Shown piece by piece: positions 62,047 through 64,000 of a DNA stretch of 64,000 nt. The notes under the pieces are model-generated. The model had not been told where the DNA came from. It searched no databases and worked only from the letters and a program-made list of their open reading frames with translations. The position numbers and the translations under genes are program-made. Source of the DNA: Octopus sinensis (taxonomy: Eukaryota). Each line of letters opens with the position of its first letter. Position 1 is the first letter of the stretch. Where the stretch lies: the NCBI RefSeq assembly GCF_006345805.1, contig NC_042998.1, forward strand, positions 82,832,001 through 82,896,000, read 5' to 3'.

Positions 62047-62618
62047 CACACACACACACACCACACACACACACACACACACAAGATATGGAATTTATAC
62101 AGGTAAGCAGCAAATGCTATGTCACCTGCTGGCTAGTCTTTTAACTGTTAACAACATATATGAAATGAAATGTCTTCAATCAGAAACTGGTACTGGATCT
62201 TACACTTCACTTGAGAGAAATTTATTTCTATGCTACAATACTTTTCCAATTATCTCAGCACTGCACAGTCTTGCTTCACAACTTTTTTTTTCTTTTTTAT
62301 CATTTACCTTGTTGTCATTGTTACTGTTGTTTATTCATGGGTCAGATTTGATTGAGCAGACTAAGACCATCTCTTTCTGTTTTCAAGCATAATGTAACTA
62401 GAACTATGAATTACATAATTCAGTGTGATGTCCTCTTCTAAGATGGTACAGAATGATCTGCAGTAGATTTGGCAGGTATTTTTCACAGAGTATATGACCA
62501 TGTGGAGGTTACTCCATTGGGTCATTACCAATCAATAATATTAAAGGTATATATATGTGTGTGTATACATACACATACATATACATACATACATACATAT
62601 ATATATATATTATATATG

Positions 62619-62650
<32 letters not shown>

Positions 62651-62657
62651 ATATATA

Positions 62658-62712
<55 letters not shown>

Positions 62713-62714
62713 AT

Positions 62715-63268
62715 ATGGTGGCTGCCCCCTCGTTATTGAGTATGGCCATTGCACGAAGCTTAATCAATGTTGTTATTGTGCAATGCCTGTGCAAGAAGAT
62801 GTTTTTTATAGTGAGGAAAGGCTATGCACTGTGTCAATCCCACTCACTAAGCAACAGCAGCCATAATCCGAAAAGAAGAACAAGTCAACATCATCGGTAA
62901 CCACTGAGCCGCAGGTTTTATGTTGGAGTTATCCCAGTTACCTGAGTTGCCTTCTCCTAGAAGGATGCCCTAACAAAGGCTAGGAGCCCTTCATTCCCAA
63001 TGGTTTAACAGCGCGATCGGGTATTCAATCCGATTATTTCTATGTCCCCATGCATGAAACAGCCTTAAGACATTTATTGGATGGCCGTTGACTCTCAAGA
63101 ATTCCTCCGCCCTTTGACGGGTTTTGTTTTTCATCCCGCAGGGTGCCCAATAAACACCCTCCTCACCAAGCAAGCTTGGTGGGGTTGCCAGTTTAGTCGC
63201 CAACGACCCAACCATGCAACAGGTTGTACTGGGTTACATGTTACCAGTAGCATTCGAAAGTGACTTGA
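62715..63268 (-). mobile_element. Probable 5' UTR end of an RTE-like LINE
   Basis: CpG-retaining; minus strand contains GGGCATCCTTCTAGGAGAAGGCAACTC, resembling RTE 5' UTR motifs (from recall). Confidence 0.5.
63186..63250 (-). ncRNA. HDV-like ribozyme candidate
   Basis: P2 CCAGT/ACTGG, P3 ACA/TGC (one mismatch), L3 ACCTGT, P1.1 CC/GG, P4 TCG(TTGG)CGA, J4/2 CTAA; P1 imperfect. Confidence 0.4.
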
Positions 63269-63343
63269 CATAAATATATATAGAGATATATATATACATA
63301 CATATATATATATATATACATGCATACGTATATATACATATAC

Positions 63344-63391
<48 letters not shown>

Positions 63392-63550
63392 GAAAATATT
63401 TTTGTGGGGAAAGAGAAAAAATGTAAAACCACAGAAGATTTGTTTTGCAGGATTTAAGAGTATATTAGAGCCATGATAATAAAGATATACAATTTTGTAC
63501 AAAATAAGGTTTTGTTCTTTCAACATAATTGATGTAAGGAGCAGTTTCAC

Positions 63551-63612
63551 ATTGCTCATCAAGCTGAGAGTTGAAGAACATTTATCTTTTAGCTCTCAGT
63601 TTGATGAGCAAT
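63551..63612 (+). ncRNA. 62-nt pre-miRNA-like hairpin
   Basis: About 27-bp stem ATTGCTCATCAAGCTGAGAGTTGAAGA / TCTTTTAGCTCTCAGTTTGATGAGCAAT; the non-Watson-Crick pairs are G.U on the + strand. Confidence 0.45.
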
Positions 63613-63914
63613 ATAAAACCAGTTTCCTTGTATGTCTCCACTGTCCTGTTTTTTTTCCCAACTTTGACCCTCCATAAATCCCAAATTTTATTTTGGTACT
63701 TATGGGAGCAACTGTCTTCGAAGACTCATATTGTCATTCAATGCTCGAAATGAGGAATAGATAGACAGCCGACAACTGTTGAAGGGTTATTCTTTATGTT
63801 ACTTGTCCTGTTTTTCTTTTGTTTCTCTCGTTGTTTGCATATTGAACTTATTTGTTTTCGTATTTCATGTTGTTTACTGTTGGTGACATCCTGTACCCAT
63901 ATATGCATGTATAT

Positions 63915-64000
63915 ATAGCTTATATATAAAAAGGCAAGTTGTCTGTCTGTCTCTGTGTGTGTTGTATGAACCACTTCTACTCCTACAATTTTCAACCGAA
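63915..64000 (+). mobile_element. Helitron/HINE-like element start, truncated by the window end
   Basis: TATATAAAAAGGCAAGTTGTCTGTCTGTC...CTCCTACAATTTTCAACCG. Confidence 0.45.

Overview
AT-rich, microsatellite-dense animal genomic DNA. The repeat content is most consistent with an octopus or other coleoid cephalopod (inference). Almost all long ORFs in the six-frame track are artefacts of (TA)n, (CA)n, (TATG)n, (AAT)n or (GAT)n repeats. Three SINE-like families dominate, with roughly 16-20 copies each: A (tRNA-type head, internal microsatellite), B (tRNA-type head, Meta/MESC-like core) and C (RTE-type 3' end, (GAT)n tail). Recognisable decayed coding fragments all come from retroelements: a CR1-group RT (17.9-19.3 kb), several R4/Dong-like RT/REL pieces clustered at 26.5-33.9 kb next to (TAA)n tracts, a CRE-like REL endonuclease (9.7-10.1 kb), RTE RT pieces and a Penelope-like GIY-YIG endonuclease (2.7-3.3 kb). 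DNA-type elements include TTAA-flanked piggyBac-like MITEs, a MITE with perfect 110-bp TIRs (CAC...GTG) and Helitron-like ends. No host gene can be named. A few phase-compatible minus-strand candidate exons and a CpG-retaining zone near 59-60 kb hint that much of the window is intronic. The most interesting signals are non-coding RNA folds: six hammerhead-ribozyme-like relics (two share an atypical CUGUUGA core), an HDV-like ribozyme fold at the 5' end of an RTE-like element, a 62-nt pre-miRNA-like hairpin, and three long inverted repeats clustered at 54.8-57.2 kb. All coordinates were read by eye; repeat boundaries are approximate (about +/-10-20 bp).
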